NCBI GenBank assembly: GCA_963663895.2
Contig: CAXXRD010000002.1
Coordinates: 349,889-413,888, forward strand
DNA length: 64,000 nt
From: Dehalococcoidia bacterium
Lineage (GTDB): Bacteria > Chloroflexota > Dehalococcoidia > Bin125
Direction of reading: 5' to 3'
Made by a program: the position numbers and the translations under genes. How positions within the stretch are numbered: the first letter of the stretch is position 1; every line of letters starts with the position of its first letter. Of the stretch, positions 45,500 through 55,326 are shown piece after piece. The notes under the pieces were generated by a model. It was not told the origin of the DNA, did not search any database, and saw only the letters and a program-made list of their open reading frames with translations.

Positions 45500-47392
45500 C
45501 TAGCCGACGCCAGCCGATTGCCTGGAGGAGAGCCAGCGCGGCACCTGCGGCTCCGCCGGCGGATCGAGCATGGTTTCCGCTTTGCAGCGGGCCTTGAGCT
45601 CTTCGATCGATCCTCCGAAGTCGAACAACTGGGGCGCGGGGCGTTCGGCGGTGATCTTCTCCCGGAGATCGGTGGTGGCCGCCTGGTCGACGGTGCCGTC
45701 GTCGTTTATCACGACGCCGTAGCGCTTGGCGCCCTCGACGGAGACGAGTCCGCGGGCAACGTCGGCGGCGACAAGGTCGGCGTCGCGCTGGAGGGGGTCG
45801 CCCCAACCGCCGCCGCCCCAGGTGTTGAAGTAGAGAATATCGCCTTCCTCAACCATGATGCGGTCGCACTTGGAGGGCAGGTACTCCCGGGAGCCGTCGG
45901 TGCGCACGAGCAGCTTGGTGCTGCGGCCTCCGGGAAGACCCCCGTTCACGCCCCAGGGGTAGGTGAGCCAGCGGTCGTCGTGAATGGAGATTTCGCCGGG
46001 CTCGAGGAACCGATAGCCGATGGAGATCCCGTTCCCGCCCCGATGCAGGCCGGGGCCGCCGGAGTCGGTCACCGTCTCGTAGGTGTCGATCCGGAGAGGG
46101 AAGTAGCTTTCCAGGAACTCGTTGGGAACATTGGTGAAGGAGGGCCAGAGCGAGTGGCCATCGGGGCCGTCACCCATGGGGCGGCCGGGGATGCCCCCGA
46201 AGCCGATCTGGTAGAGCTGGTACCACTCGCCATTCCTGTCATAGCCGGAGTACATGAAATGCGGGCTGTCGGAGAAGCCGGCGGCACAGAGCAGGTCGGG
46301 GGCCCCTTGTCCGAAGAGGCCGCTGATGATGTCGAACACGCGGCCGAGGGTATGGGTGCGGCAGGAGAGCGCGCCGGGGCGCCGCGGCTTGAGCAGGGAG
46401 CCTTTGGGAATGCGTACTTCCATGAGGTCATAGAAGCCGTCGTTGAAGAGGATCTGGGGGTCGAAGACCATGATCATGAAGACGCCGCAGAACATCTTGA
46501 ACATGGCCTCGCTGAGATAGAAGTTGATGGAGCCGATCGACTGCGGATCGGTCTCCGCGAAGTCGAAGATGACCTTGTCGCCCTCGCGCCACATGGCGCA
46601 GTGGAGCTTGTAAGGGCCCATGCCCAAGCCGTCGTCGCAGACGTAGTCCTCAAAGGTGCGCTTCTCTTCGGGGATCATGGTGCGGATCAGCTCCCGCATC
46701 GCGCGACGGTTGCGATCCAGCAGCTCCTCCAGCGCGGAGTAGTAGACATCGTCGCCGAAGCGCTCGGCGAGCTCGATCGTGCGCCGCCCGGCCAGGCGGC
46801 AGGCGGCGAGGATGGCGTTGAGGTCGCTGCGGTTCCACTGTGGGAGACGGCAGTTGCGCAGGATCAGATCGAGGATGTCCTCCTGCAGCACGCCGCGCTT
46901 ATAGATCTTGACGGGCGGGATGATGACGCCCTCTTCGAAGATCTGGCGGGCGTCGGTGGGGAGACTTCCGGGCACTTTGCCGCCGACATCCGTGACGTGC
47001 CCGAACATCGCCACCCAGCTGATCATGCGACCGTCTTTGTAGATGGGCATGAGGACCAGCCAGTCGTTGCCGTGGCTGATGGCGGCGTCGCAGCTGTAGG
47101 GATCGGAGGTGAGGAAGACGTCTCCCTCTTCGATCAGGCCGTCATAGGCCTGGAGGAAGCCGTGGATGAAGGAGCCGAACTGGCCGACGACCATCTTGCC
47201 GTCCAGGTTGGCGATCATGGGAAACTCGTCGTGCTGCTCGCGGATGCCCGGAGACATGGCGGTGCGGAAGAGCACGGCATCCATCTCAAAGCGGGCGTTG
47301 CGCAGGGCGTTCTCAATGATATCCAGGGTGACGGGATCCACCGTGACTCCCTGGAAGGGCGTTGTGTTGGTTTGCTGAATGGTGGCCGGCAT
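45500..47392 (-). CDS. hyuB: hydantoinase B/oxoprolinase family protein (HyuB)
   Basis: VDPVTLDIIENALRNARFEMD...; 630 aa, immediately downstream of HyuA. Confidence 0.9.
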   Translation of the reverse strand: MPATIQQTNTTPFQGVTVDPVTLDIIENALRNARFEMDAVLFRTAMSPGIREQHDEFPMIANLDGKMVVGQFGSFIHGFLQAYDGLIEEGDVFLTSDPYSCDAAISHGNDWLVLMPIYKDGRMISWVAMFGHVTDVGGKVPGSLPTDARQIFEEGVIIPPVKIYKRGVLQEDILDLILRNCRLPQWNRSDLNAILAACRLAGRRTIELAERFGDDVYYSALEELLDRNRRAMRELIRTMIPEEKRTFEDYVCDDGLGMGPYKLHCAMWREGDKVIFDFAETDPQSIGSINFYLSEAMFKMFCGVFMIMVFDPQILFNDGFYDLMEVRIPKGSLLKPRRPGALSCRTHTLGRVFDIISGLFGQGAPDLLCAAGFSDSPHFMYSGYDRNGEWYQLYQIGFGGIPGRPMGDGPDGHSLWPSFTNVPNEFLESYFPLRIDTYETVTDSGGPGLHRGGNGISIGYRFLEPGEISIHDDRWLTYPWGVNGGLPGGRSTKLLVRTDGSREYLPSKCDRIMVEEGDILYFNTWGGGGWGDPLQRDADLVAADVARGLVSVEGAKRYGVVINDDGTVDQAATTDLREKITAERPAPQLFDFGGSIEELKARCKAETMLDPPAEPQVPRWLSSRQSAGVG

Positions 47393-47403
47393 CGCTGCCC
47401 TCT

Positions 47404-49461
47404 CTAGCTCGTGTGGGGCCGGATGAGGATGTTGCCCAGCGCGTCTATCTCGCCGGTGTGGCCGGGCAGGATGAGGCTGGTGGCATCCATCTCTGTCACG
47501 ATCGCGGGACCGGAGATGCGATGTCCCGCGCGCAGGGCGGCACGGTCGTAGATGGTGGCTTGACGCTGCTCTTGGTCCACGTAGATCGCTTGGGTACCGA
47601 TGGCGGCGGCGGCCGGATCGGAGCCGCTGGTTCCCAGCGTCTCCGCAGCGAGGGTGGTGGCTTGACCATGCACGACCGCGCGCAGATTCACCACCTCTCG
47701 ATCGGCGTCGAGGGCGAAGGTGAAGAGCTGCGTGTGGATCTGGTCGAACTGGGCGCCAGCGGCTTCGAGGCCGCCACTGGTGAAGCCGTCGAGCGCCACG
47801 TCGACGGTGAGGAGCAGGCCTTGGCCGTGGTAGCGGAGATCGATCTGACAGGTGGTGGTCTGGTCGGATCGGGGAACGCCCTCGGCGTCGAGCGCCGCAG
47901 CAGCGGTTTCCTGCAGCTCCTTGAGGATGCCCCCCACTTCGGCGGAGCTGGTCTCGGGGAAGCGCCGAATGAACGTGCGGGAGGCCTCGTTGCGCAAGCG
48001 GGTCGTGGCGTCGCCATAGGCACAGAGCACGCCCGGCCCGGGCGGAATGATCACCGGCCAGGAATTCATGAGGCGGCCGAGTGCGTTGGCATGCATGGGT
48101 CCAGCGCCGCCGAAGGCGACGAGGGCGAAGTCGCGGGGGTCGTAGCCTTGTTCGACGGATACGAGGCGGAGAGCGCCGAACATATTCTCGTTGACGATAT
48201 CGATGATGCCGGCCGCAGCACGCTCCAGAGAGAGGTCGAGAGCGTCCGCGACGGTCTGGACGGCGGCGGCGGCCTTGGCGCGATCGATGGCAAGCTCCCC
48301 GCCGAGACGGGCAGAGGCAGGGAGGTAACCGAGCACGACGTTGGCGTCGGTGACGGTGGGGCTGGTTCCGCCCTTGTTGTAGGCGGCGGGACCAGGGTCG
48401 GCGCCAGCGCTCTGGGGCCCCACCCGCAGGGCCTTGGTGAGCTCGGGAACGTGGGCGATGGAGCCGCCTCCCGCCCCAACGGTGCGCACGTCCAGGGACG
48501 AGGCGCGCACGGTCACGTCGCCGACGGTAGTCTCGCGGCGGGTACGGGCGCGGCCGTCTTGCACGAGGCAGACATCGGTGGAAGTGCCGCCCATGTCGAA
48601 GGTAAGCAGATTGCGGTAACCGGCCTGCTGGGCGATCCAGATGGCGCCAGCGACCCCACCGGCCGGCCCACTCATGAGCAGGTTGACGGGCGTGGCGCGA
48701 GCGGCTTCGGCGGAGGCAAGCCCCCCGTCGGAGCGGAGCAGGTGGAGGTTGTGGTCGCCCAAGCGGTCGCGAAGATCGCCTTGCAGCGCCGTCACGTAAC
48801 CGGCGACGACGGGACGGACGTACGAGTTGGCGACGGTGGTAATGGTGCGCTCGTACTCCTGCATCTCCGGGATCACTTCGGAGGAGAGGGAAACGGGCAC
48901 GCCGGGCATCTCCTCTTCGGCGATCGCCTGAACGCGACGCTCATGCCGACCGTCGGCGTAAGCATTGACCAGAGAGACGGTAAGCGCCTCGACGCCACGC
49001 GCTTTGAGCTGACGAAGCTTGGCGCGGAGGTCGTCCTCGTCCAAGGGCTCGACGACATCGCCGCGGGCGCTGAGGCGCTCCTTCGCTTCGATCGTCAACT
49101 CGAGCGGAGCCAGCGGCGCACTCTTGTTGTAGATCACCCAGGCGCCGAGACCGCCGGGGACGAAGGAGCGGGCCACTTGCAGCACCTGTCCGTAACCCTG
49201 TGTGGTTACGAGGCCGACGCGGGCGCCACTGCCGGTGAGGATGGCGTTGGTCGCGACGGTGGTGCCGTGCATGACTTGGCCGATTGCCCGTGGCGCGATG
49301 CCGGCTTGCTGGCAAACTTTCTCCAACCCTTGTAGGACGCCAGCGGAGAGGTCCGCGGGAGTGGAGGGAACCTTCGCGATGTGCCGGGCACCGCTGTCTT
49401 CGTCAATGAGAAGAAGGTCCGTGAAGGTTCCACCCACGTCGACACCGACTCGGAAGGCCAT
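47404..49461 (-). CDS. hyuA: hydantoinase A/oxoprolinase family protein (HyuA)
   Basis: MAFRVGVDVGGTFTDLLLID is the typical HyuA/ASKHA N-terminus. 685 aa. Confidence 0.9.
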   Translation of the reverse strand: MAFRVGVDVGGTFTDLLLIDEDSGARHIAKVPSTPADLSAGVLQGLEKVCQQAGIAPRAIGQVMHGTTVATNAILTGSGARVGLVTTQGYGQVLQVARSFVPGGLGAWVIYNKSAPLAPLELTIEAKERLSARGDVVEPLDEDDLRAKLRQLKARGVEALTVSLVNAYADGRHERRVQAIAEEEMPGVPVSLSSEVIPEMQEYERTITTVANSYVRPVVAGYVTALQGDLRDRLGDHNLHLLRSDGGLASAEAARATPVNLLMSGPAGGVAGAIWIAQQAGYRNLLTFDMGGTSTDVCLVQDGRARTRRETTVGDVTVRASSLDVRTVGAGGGSIAHVPELTKALRVGPQSAGADPGPAAYNKGGTSPTVTDANVVLGYLPASARLGGELAIDRAKAAAAVQTVADALDLSLERAAAGIIDIVNENMFGALRLVSVEQGYDPRDFALVAFGGAGPMHANALGRLMNSWPVIIPPGPGVLCAYGDATTRLRNEASRTFIRRFPETSSAEVGGILKELQETAAAALDAEGVPRSDQTTTCQIDLRYHGQGLLLTVDVALDGFTSGGLEAAGAQFDQIHTQLFTFALDADREVVNLRAVVHGQATTLAAETLGTSGSDPAAAAIGTQAIYVDQEQRQATIYDRAALRAGHRISGPAIVTEMDATSLILPGHTGEIDALGNILIRPHTS

Positions 49462-49623
49462 GCGTCTCTCCTCTCTGGGACGAATGGGAATCTAGCTTGC
49501 TACGGCCGTGTGTCAACAGAGGCGTGTCCCAACAGACTCGCGTGCGCCGCGGCTTGACTGCCGTGGATGCCTCGCTAGCCTCCGCGGGTCGAGCATGGAA
49601 GCGCCGGATGGGAGGAGCGAGCT

Positions 49624-50436
49624 GTGCGACTCGAGGGACGGGTAGCGTTTATCACGGGCGCGGCCAGCGGCTTTGGCCGGGCGATGGCGGAGCGGTTCGC
49701 GGAGGAGGGGGCGGAGGTAGCGATCGCGGACATCGACATGACATGGCTGGCGGAGACGGCGCAGCGAGTGCAAGAGCGCGGCCGGGAGGCGCTGATGGTG
49801 CGCTGTGACGTCAGCAAGCGAGCGGAGATTCAGGCCGGCGTCGAGGCGACGGTCGAGCGCTTCGGCAAGCTGACGACGATGGTCGCGAACGCGGGAACGG
49901 TGGAGCGCGCCGGCTTCTTGGACCTGACGGATGAGGAGTGGGATCGCGTGCAAGCCGTCGACCTGCGGGGGGTCTTCGTCTGCAACCAGATCGCGGCGCG
50001 GCAGATGATCGCGCAAGGGGAAGGCGGCCAGATCATCAACACCGGCAGCCAACTGGGTGAAGTGGGAGCACCGCTGGCGCCATCCTATACCGCGGCCAAG
50101 GCGGGGGTGAAGAATCTGACCAAGTCGGCGGCGGTGGCGCTGGCGGCGCACGGGATTCGGGTCAATTGCATCGGACCGGGGCCGGTGCCAACGCGGATCG
50201 CGAGCGGTCTGCTGGGCATCCCCGAGGTGCGCGACCATTTCGAGCGGCACGTGCCGCTGGGACACCTGGGCGAGCCGCTGGATATCGCCAATGCGGCGGT
50301 GTTCCTGGCGTCCGACGAGAGTAGCTGGGTGACGGGAGAGACGATCATGGTCGACGGGGGATACCTGTTGAACAGCTTTCGCGCCCCGGAGGTGGATGAA
50401 GCGCTGCGGCGGGCGCAGGCGGGTGCAGGCCGCTAG
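49624..50436 (+). CDS. SDR family oxidoreductase
   Basis: VAFITGAASGFGRA, NAG and YTAAKAG motifs. GTG start. Confidence 0.85.
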   Translation: MRLEGRVAFITGAASGFGRAMAERFAEEGAEVAIADIDMTWLAETAQRVQERGREALMVRCDVSKRAEIQAGVEATVERFGKLTTMVANAGTVERAGFLDLTDEEWDRVQAVDLRGVFVCNQIAARQMIAQGEGGQIINTGSQLGEVGAPLAPSYTAAKAGVKNLTKSAAVALAAHGIRVNCIGPGPVPTRIASGLLGIPEVRDHFERHVPLGHLGEPLDIANAAVFLASDESSWVTGETIMVDGGYLLNSFRAPEVDEALRRAQAGAGR

Positions 50437-50438
50437 CG

Positions 50439-51221
50439 ATGGGCATGCTGGACGGCAAGGTGGCGGTGATCACGGGCGGAGCCTCCGGGATCGGCGCGGA
50501 GAGCGTGCGGCTATTCGCGCGGGAAGGGGCCAGGGTGATGGTGGGGGATATCGACGAGGCGGGGGGCGAGGCGAGCGCGGCGGCAGCGCGCGCGGACGGT
50601 GGGGAGGCGCTGTTCCAAGGGGCCGACGTGTCGCAGGCGACGGCGGTGCGGGAGCTGGTCGCAGCGGCGGTCGAGCGCTGGGGCGGGCTGGACGTGATGT
50701 TCAGCAACGCGGGCGTGTTTTACCGAACGGGCGGTCTGGCCGACTGCAGCGAGGAAGAGTTCGATAAGACGATCGCGACCAACCTGCGGGGCACGTTCCT
50801 GTGCCTGCGGGCGGCGATCTCGCACATGATCGAGCGGGGCGGAGGGTCGATCATCGTGACCTCGTCGATCGCGGCGGAGTTCGGGTTGCCGCTTTCAGCG
50901 GCGTACGCGGCGAGCAAGGCCGGGATCGGAGGATTGGTGCGGGTCGCGGCGGTGGAGTACGGCCAGCACAAGATTCGCGTGAATGCGATCCAGCCGGGGC
51001 TGATCGTGACGCCGCAGTCGCTGGCCGACCCGCGTTTGCAGGCCGAGACGCAGGCAGCGCAAGTCGCGCTGTTCGCCGCGGCGCAACCGATCCCGCGGGC
51101 GGGGGAGCCGCTGGATATCGCGCGCACGGCGGTCTGGCTGGCAAGCGACCTCTCGACGTTCGTGACGGGGCAGGAGATCGTGGTGGATGGAGGGTTCTTG
51201 CCGAACCCGGGATTGGGCTAG
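50439..51221 (+). CDS. SDR family oxidoreductase
   Basis: VAVITGGASGIGAE, SNAG and YAASKAG. Similar to 17985..18764. Confidence 0.85.
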   Translation: MGMLDGKVAVITGGASGIGAESVRLFAREGARVMVGDIDEAGGEASAAAARADGGEALFQGADVSQATAVRELVAAAVERWGGLDVMFSNAGVFYRTGGLADCSEEEFDKTIATNLRGTFLCLRAAISHMIERGGGSIIVTSSIAAEFGLPLSAAYAASKAGIGGLVRVAAVEYGQHKIRVNAIQPGLIVTPQSLADPRLQAETQAAQVALFAAAQPIPRAGEPLDIARTAVWLASDLSTFVTGQEIVVDGGFLPNPGLG

Positions 51222-51289
51222 GCGAGTACCGCTCCCTCGTTGTCCCGCGCGGAGGAGCAGGCGCGAGCCACGTCCCCACGCGGAAAACG

Positions 51290-52579
51290 CTAGTGCGCGT
51301 GCCACAGCGCCGCCCAGACATTGCGTCCGGTGATGCGCTGTCCGGAGAGGAGGATCCCGGCCCGGAATACGCGGGATGCGACCCAAAGCAAGAGCAGCGC
51401 CGTTCCCGCAGTGATCCCCAAAGCGAGGGCGATCTCGCCCCCGGACATGTCGCTCCCCGCGCCGAGCCTAACCATCAGCGTCGTCGGCGCCGTAAAGGGG
51501 AAGTAAGTGAGGATCTGGGCGACCGCTCCGTCCGGTTGCGAGATGAACAGCCCCGCCAGCCAGATCGGCAGGGCGGTCAGCAAGCTCAACAGCCCGGTGT
51601 ATTTCTGAGCATCCGCCGACGAAGAGACGACGCTGGCGATGAACAGCGCCAGGACGGAAAATAGAAAGTACCCGAGGACGAAGCTCAGCGATACGGTCGT
51701 CAGCAACCCCGCCGAGATCGTCAACTCCCCGCCATTCGGGATCCGGTCGAAGATCGCCGGCATAGCGAACGTCGCCACGGCGATCCAGACCGCGATCTGA
51801 ATCAGTCCGGCCAAGCCCAACGCCAGGAGCTTGCCGGACATGATCGAGAGCGCCGCCGCCGCGGTGACCAGCATCTCAATCATGCGGGTCTCTTTCTCTT
51901 CGGCGAGACTCCTCATCAAGGAGCCGCTGCCGGAGAGGACGCCGATCAGCAGCAGCGCGGCGAAGAGCATGGGGACGAGGAGCTCCCCGATCTCTTGCGC
52001 TAACGGGATCGCCTCCGCGACGGCCCCATCGGCGCCGATCTCGAAATTCCGATAGTCCGCAGGGTGGAGTGCGCGCGCCAAAATGTTGGGCTCCACCTGC
52101 CCGGCGATCAATTCGCCGGTCAGGAAGCTTCTGAAAGCGAACTCGGCGGCGGCGTTGCCCCAGAACCGTCCCTGGCTCTCGCCGGAGGCCCGGTAGTGAT
52201 CCACGACGCCGGACTCGATGTAACCGCTGGGAAGCAGGAAGAAAGCGTCGATCGCGCCTTGCCGAACCGCCTCGACGCCCGCGGCAAGATTGCCGTACTG
52301 CCTCGGGGCGTCCTGCAGCCCCCGGCCCGGCAAAACGCCTGCCGGATCGGCATACCCGATCCGCTCCCGCAGCGCCCCCGTCACGACACGCACGCCCTCA
52401 GAATCGTCACCCTCAACCAGATCCACGACGACCGGGGTGATCGGGATGGCGATCAACAGCAGGACGGGGATCAGCACCGTAAAAAACGCGAAGCCGAGGC
52501 CGCGTATCTGGCGCCGGAACTCTTCGGCGAAGATGACGCGCAACTCAGGAGATGGACCGCGCACGGGACACCTCCTCAA
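51290..52579 (-). CDS. ABC-2 type transporter permease (NatB-like)
   Basis: One N-terminal TM, a large loop, then a C-terminal multi-TM bundle. The start is uncertain: 52579, GTG at 52564 and TTG at 52543 are all possible. Confidence 0.8.
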   Translation of the reverse strand: MRRCPVRGPSPELRVIFAEEFRRQIRGLGFAFFTVLIPVLLLIAIPITPVVVDLVEGDDSEGVRVVTGALRERIGYADPAGVLPGRGLQDAPRQYGNLAAGVEAVRQGAIDAFFLLPSGYIESGVVDHYRASGESQGRFWGNAAAEFAFRSFLTGELIAGQVEPNILARALHPADYRNFEIGADGAVAEAIPLAQEIGELLVPMLFAALLLIGVLSGSGSLMRSLAEEKETRMIEMLVTAAAALSIMSGKLLALGLAGLIQIAVWIAVATFAMPAIFDRIPNGGELTISAGLLTTVSLSFVLGYFLFSVLALFIASVVSSSADAQKYTGLLSLLTALPIWLAGLFISQPDGAVAQILTYFPFTAPTTLMVRLGAGSDMSGGEIALALGITAGTALLLLWVASRVFRAGILLSGQRITGRNVWAALWHAH

Positions 52580-53474
52580 TGAATATGTCGTTCAACGACG
52601 GCAGCGCCAGCTCAAAGCGCTCAATGTTGATCCCGGCATCGAGATAGGCGCGGAGAACCGCCTCCGCGGTACCGTCATCCTCAAGCGCATACTCCGTCAT
52701 CCCGCTGCGCGGGACCGCCGTGCGACCGGCGGCGAGACTCTCGGGGACGCGCGGGGCCTGTACGAGCACAGCGTTCACGCCCCGTTGCCGCTTGATCTCC
52801 GCCAATTCTCCGAACAACAGCAGGCGTCCGTCCGCAATCAGCGCGACACGATCGCAGAGCTCCTCGACGTCCGACATGATGTGCGTGCTGAACATGATGG
52901 TGGCGCCGGCGCGTTGCCGCTCGTACAGCATCTCCTTCATCCGTTCGACGTTCAGCGGGTCCAAGCCCGAGAACGGTTCGTCCAGAACAATGATCTCCGG
53001 GTCGTGGATGATGGCGGTGGCGAACTGCACGAGCTGCGTCATCCCACGCGAGAGCGCTTCGACCTTCTTCTTGCAGTGCTCGTCCAGGCTCAGCCGCTGC
53101 AGCAGCGCGATCGCGCGGTCCTCGGCCTCCGCGACGGTCAGCCCCTTGAGACGGCCCAAATAGCGGAGAGCGTCCAGCACCCGGAGCTTGCGCGGCAGCC
53201 CGCGCTCTTCCGGCAGGTAACCCACAGCCCGCAACACGCTCCGGTCGGGGGGCGCGCCCAGGATGCCGATAGAGCCGGCATCGGGCCGGATGATGCCGAG
53301 AGCCATGCGGATCGTCGTGGTTTTGCCCGACCCGTTGGGGCCCAGGAACCCGAACATCTCACCGCGCCGGACATCAAAGGAGACGCCGTCGACAACGGTG
53401 CGCCGACCAAAGGTCTTGGTCAGATCCTTGACCCGCAGGACGGTCTCGGACGCAGGATGGGAGGAGCCGGTCAT
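52545..53474 (-). CDS. ABC transporter ATP-binding protein
   Basis: LRVKDLTKTFG...GPNGSGKTTT...LSRGMTQ...IVLDEPFSGLD. Start trimmed to the ATG at 53474. Confidence 0.9.
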   Translation of the reverse strand: MTGSSHPASETVLRVKDLTKTFGRRTVVDGVSFDVRRGEMFGFLGPNGSGKTTTIRMALGIIRPDAGSIGILGAPPDRSVLRAVGYLPEERGLPRKLRVLDALRYLGRLKGLTVAEAEDRAIALLQRLSLDEHCKKKVEALSRGMTQLVQFATAIIHDPEIIVLDEPFSGLDPLNVERMKEMLYERQRAGATIMFSTHIMSDVEELCDRVALIADGRLLLFGELAEIKRQRGVNAVLVQAPRVPESLAAGRTAVPRSGMTEYALEDDGTAEAVLRAYLDAGINIERFELALPSLNDIFIEEVSRARSIS

Positions 53475-53566
53475 CCCCAGAGTCACACTCCCTCTTCCCT
53501 CAATCCTACCGCGAGGGCAGCGAACCAGGAGGCGCTGGGCTCCTAGGGAAACAGTGCAGCGGGCGC

Positions 53567-54028
53567 TTAGCCGGGAGGGAACTGCGTCTTGACCCAACCA
53601 TCGTGGTAGGGGGTCATGAAGGCGGGGTTGACCTTGACGTGGGCGAATTTCCATTCGCCGTCCTGCTTGACGTAGCGGTCCTCATAGGTGGCGGCGACGA
53701 ACATGGGAACGCCGTCGATCGTGGCGGTCTCCCAGATGTACCACGTGCCGGTGGCTTCGGTGAGGGAGACGAAGTCGATCATGTGGCCGCACATGTAGTG
53801 GAGAGCGAAGGTGAATTGGCCGGAGACTTCGGTGAAGAAGTCCTTGATCTGCTGCCGGCCTTCGAAGCGGCCGAGGGGGCCCATCTCCCAGACGGCGTCC
53901 TCGGTGAACATGGGGGCGAGCGCTTCCGGATCGTAATTGTTATCGCAGTGTGCGGCGTAGACGTTCTTGAGCCGCCGAATCGCTTCGATCTCCTCGAGCC
54001 GAAGGATGCGTTCCTCGAGCGTGGGCAT
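53567..54028 (-). CDS. NTF2-like (SnoaL-like) family protein
   Basis: MPTLEERILRLEEIEAIRRLKNVYAAHCDNNYDPEALAPMFTEDAVWE is a typical SnoaL_4-type N-terminus. Confidence 0.75.
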   Translation of the reverse strand: MPTLEERILRLEEIEAIRRLKNVYAAHCDNNYDPEALAPMFTEDAVWEMGPLGRFEGRQQIKDFFTEVSGQFTFALHYMCGHMIDFVSLTEATGTWYIWETATIDGVPMFVAATYEDRYVKQDGEWKFAHVKVNPAFMTPYHDGWVKTQFPPG

Positions 54029-54196
54029 GAGCGGAGCCTCCTCGCCGAATGTTCGCCGATACGCCAAGAAGCCGCAGGCTAGCGAGCGGAAGGGGGATCG
54101 ACAACGCGTCCGGGCCCGTGTGGGCGGAGGCCGACTATGGCATACTCACGCGGCGCGCGGGCAGGCAGCGGCGAGCAGCGAGGGAGAGGCACGGCG

Positions 54197-55303
54197 ATGG
54201 AGCTCGGCTACTTTGCGATGCCGCTGCATCCGCCGGAGGCGGATTTCGGCCAGACGATCCGGCACGACATGGATCAGATCGTGCTGCTGGACCGGCTGGG
54301 CTATGCGGAGGCCTGGATCGGGGAGCACTTCACGAGCGCGTGGGAGAACATCCCGGCGCCGGAGCTGTTCATCGCGGAGGCCCTGGCGCGGACGGAGCAG
54401 ATCAAGTTGGGGACGGGGGTGACCTGCCTGCCGAACCACAACCCGTTCCATATCGCACACCGGATCGCGCAGCTGGATCACCAAGCGCGAGGACGCTTCC
54501 GCTGGGGGATCGGTTCGGGAGCGACGCCGCTGGACTTCGACGTGTTCGGAGTCGACGACGAGGAGGGCGAGCACCGGCCCCTGACGCTGGAGACGCTGGA
54601 GATGGTGCTGAAGATCTGGGACGGGCTGCCCCCGGGGACCTACGCGAACAAGTTCTGGCGCTTCACGATGCCGGAGCCGATGGAAGAGCTGGGGTTCTGG
54701 GTGCACCTGAAGCCGTACCAGCAGCCGCACCCGCCAATCGCCGTGGCGGGGCTGACGCTGGGATCGGAGACGCTGAAGCTGGCAGGCGAGCGGGGCTGGA
54801 TTCCGATGAGCATCAATTACGTGCCGCCCTGGGTGCTGAAGACGCACTGGGAGGCCGTGGAAGAGGGCGCAGCACGGGGCGGACGGACGGTGAGCCGGGC
54901 GGACTGGCGAATCGCGCGGGAGGTGTTTGTGGCGCCGACGTCGGAGGAGGCGCGGGCGGAGGCGGTGCAGGGAACGCTGGCGCGGGACTTCCTGGGCTAC
55001 TTCCGGCCGATCTTGGCGAAGTACGGTTTTTTGGAGATCGTGAAGCACGATCCGGCGATGGCGGATGACGAGGTGACGGCGGAGTACATGGTGGATTCGC
55101 GGTACTTGGTGGGGAGTCCGGAGGAGGTCGCCGGGCGGATCCGGAAGCTGTACGACGAAGTGGGCGGGTTCGGGGTGCTGCTGGCAATGGCGCACGAGTG
55201 GGAGCCCCGGGAGAAATGGGAGCGGTCGATGCGGCTGCTGGCCGAAGAGGTGATGCCGATGGTGGCGGATTTGGCGCCGGAGCCGCTGGCGGCGCCTTCG
55301 TAA
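54197..55303 (+). CDS. LLM-class flavin-dependent monooxygenase (LimB-like subgroup)
   Basis: MELGYFAMPLHPP...AWIGEHFTSAWENIP...GRFRWGIGSG. Start trimmed to the ATG at 54197. Confidence 0.85.
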   Translation: MELGYFAMPLHPPEADFGQTIRHDMDQIVLLDRLGYAEAWIGEHFTSAWENIPAPELFIAEALARTEQIKLGTGVTCLPNHNPFHIAHRIAQLDHQARGRFRWGIGSGATPLDFDVFGVDDEEGEHRPLTLETLEMVLKIWDGLPPGTYANKFWRFTMPEPMEELGFWVHLKPYQQPHPPIAVAGLTLGSETLKLAGERGWIPMSINYVPPWVLKTHWEAVEEGAARGGRTVSRADWRIAREVFVAPTSEEARAEAVQGTLARDFLGYFRPILAKYGFLEIVKHDPAMADDEVTAEYMVDSRYLVGSPEEVAGRIRKLYDEVGGFGVLLAMAHEWEPREKWERSMRLLAEEVMPMVADLAPEPLAAPS

Positions 55304-55326
55304 GCGCGCAGGGAAAGGAGCAGGGC

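Noticed and set aside
45518-49335. Very long + strand ORFs (45518..47407 at 629 aa; 47362..49335 at 657 aa) opposite the hyuB/hyuA genes.
   Set aside because: Their products are Gly/Ala/Asp/Val/His-rich with no motifs, and they mirror clearly recognisable HyuB/HyuA genes on the other strand. These are typical stop-poor antisense frames in high-G+C DNA.
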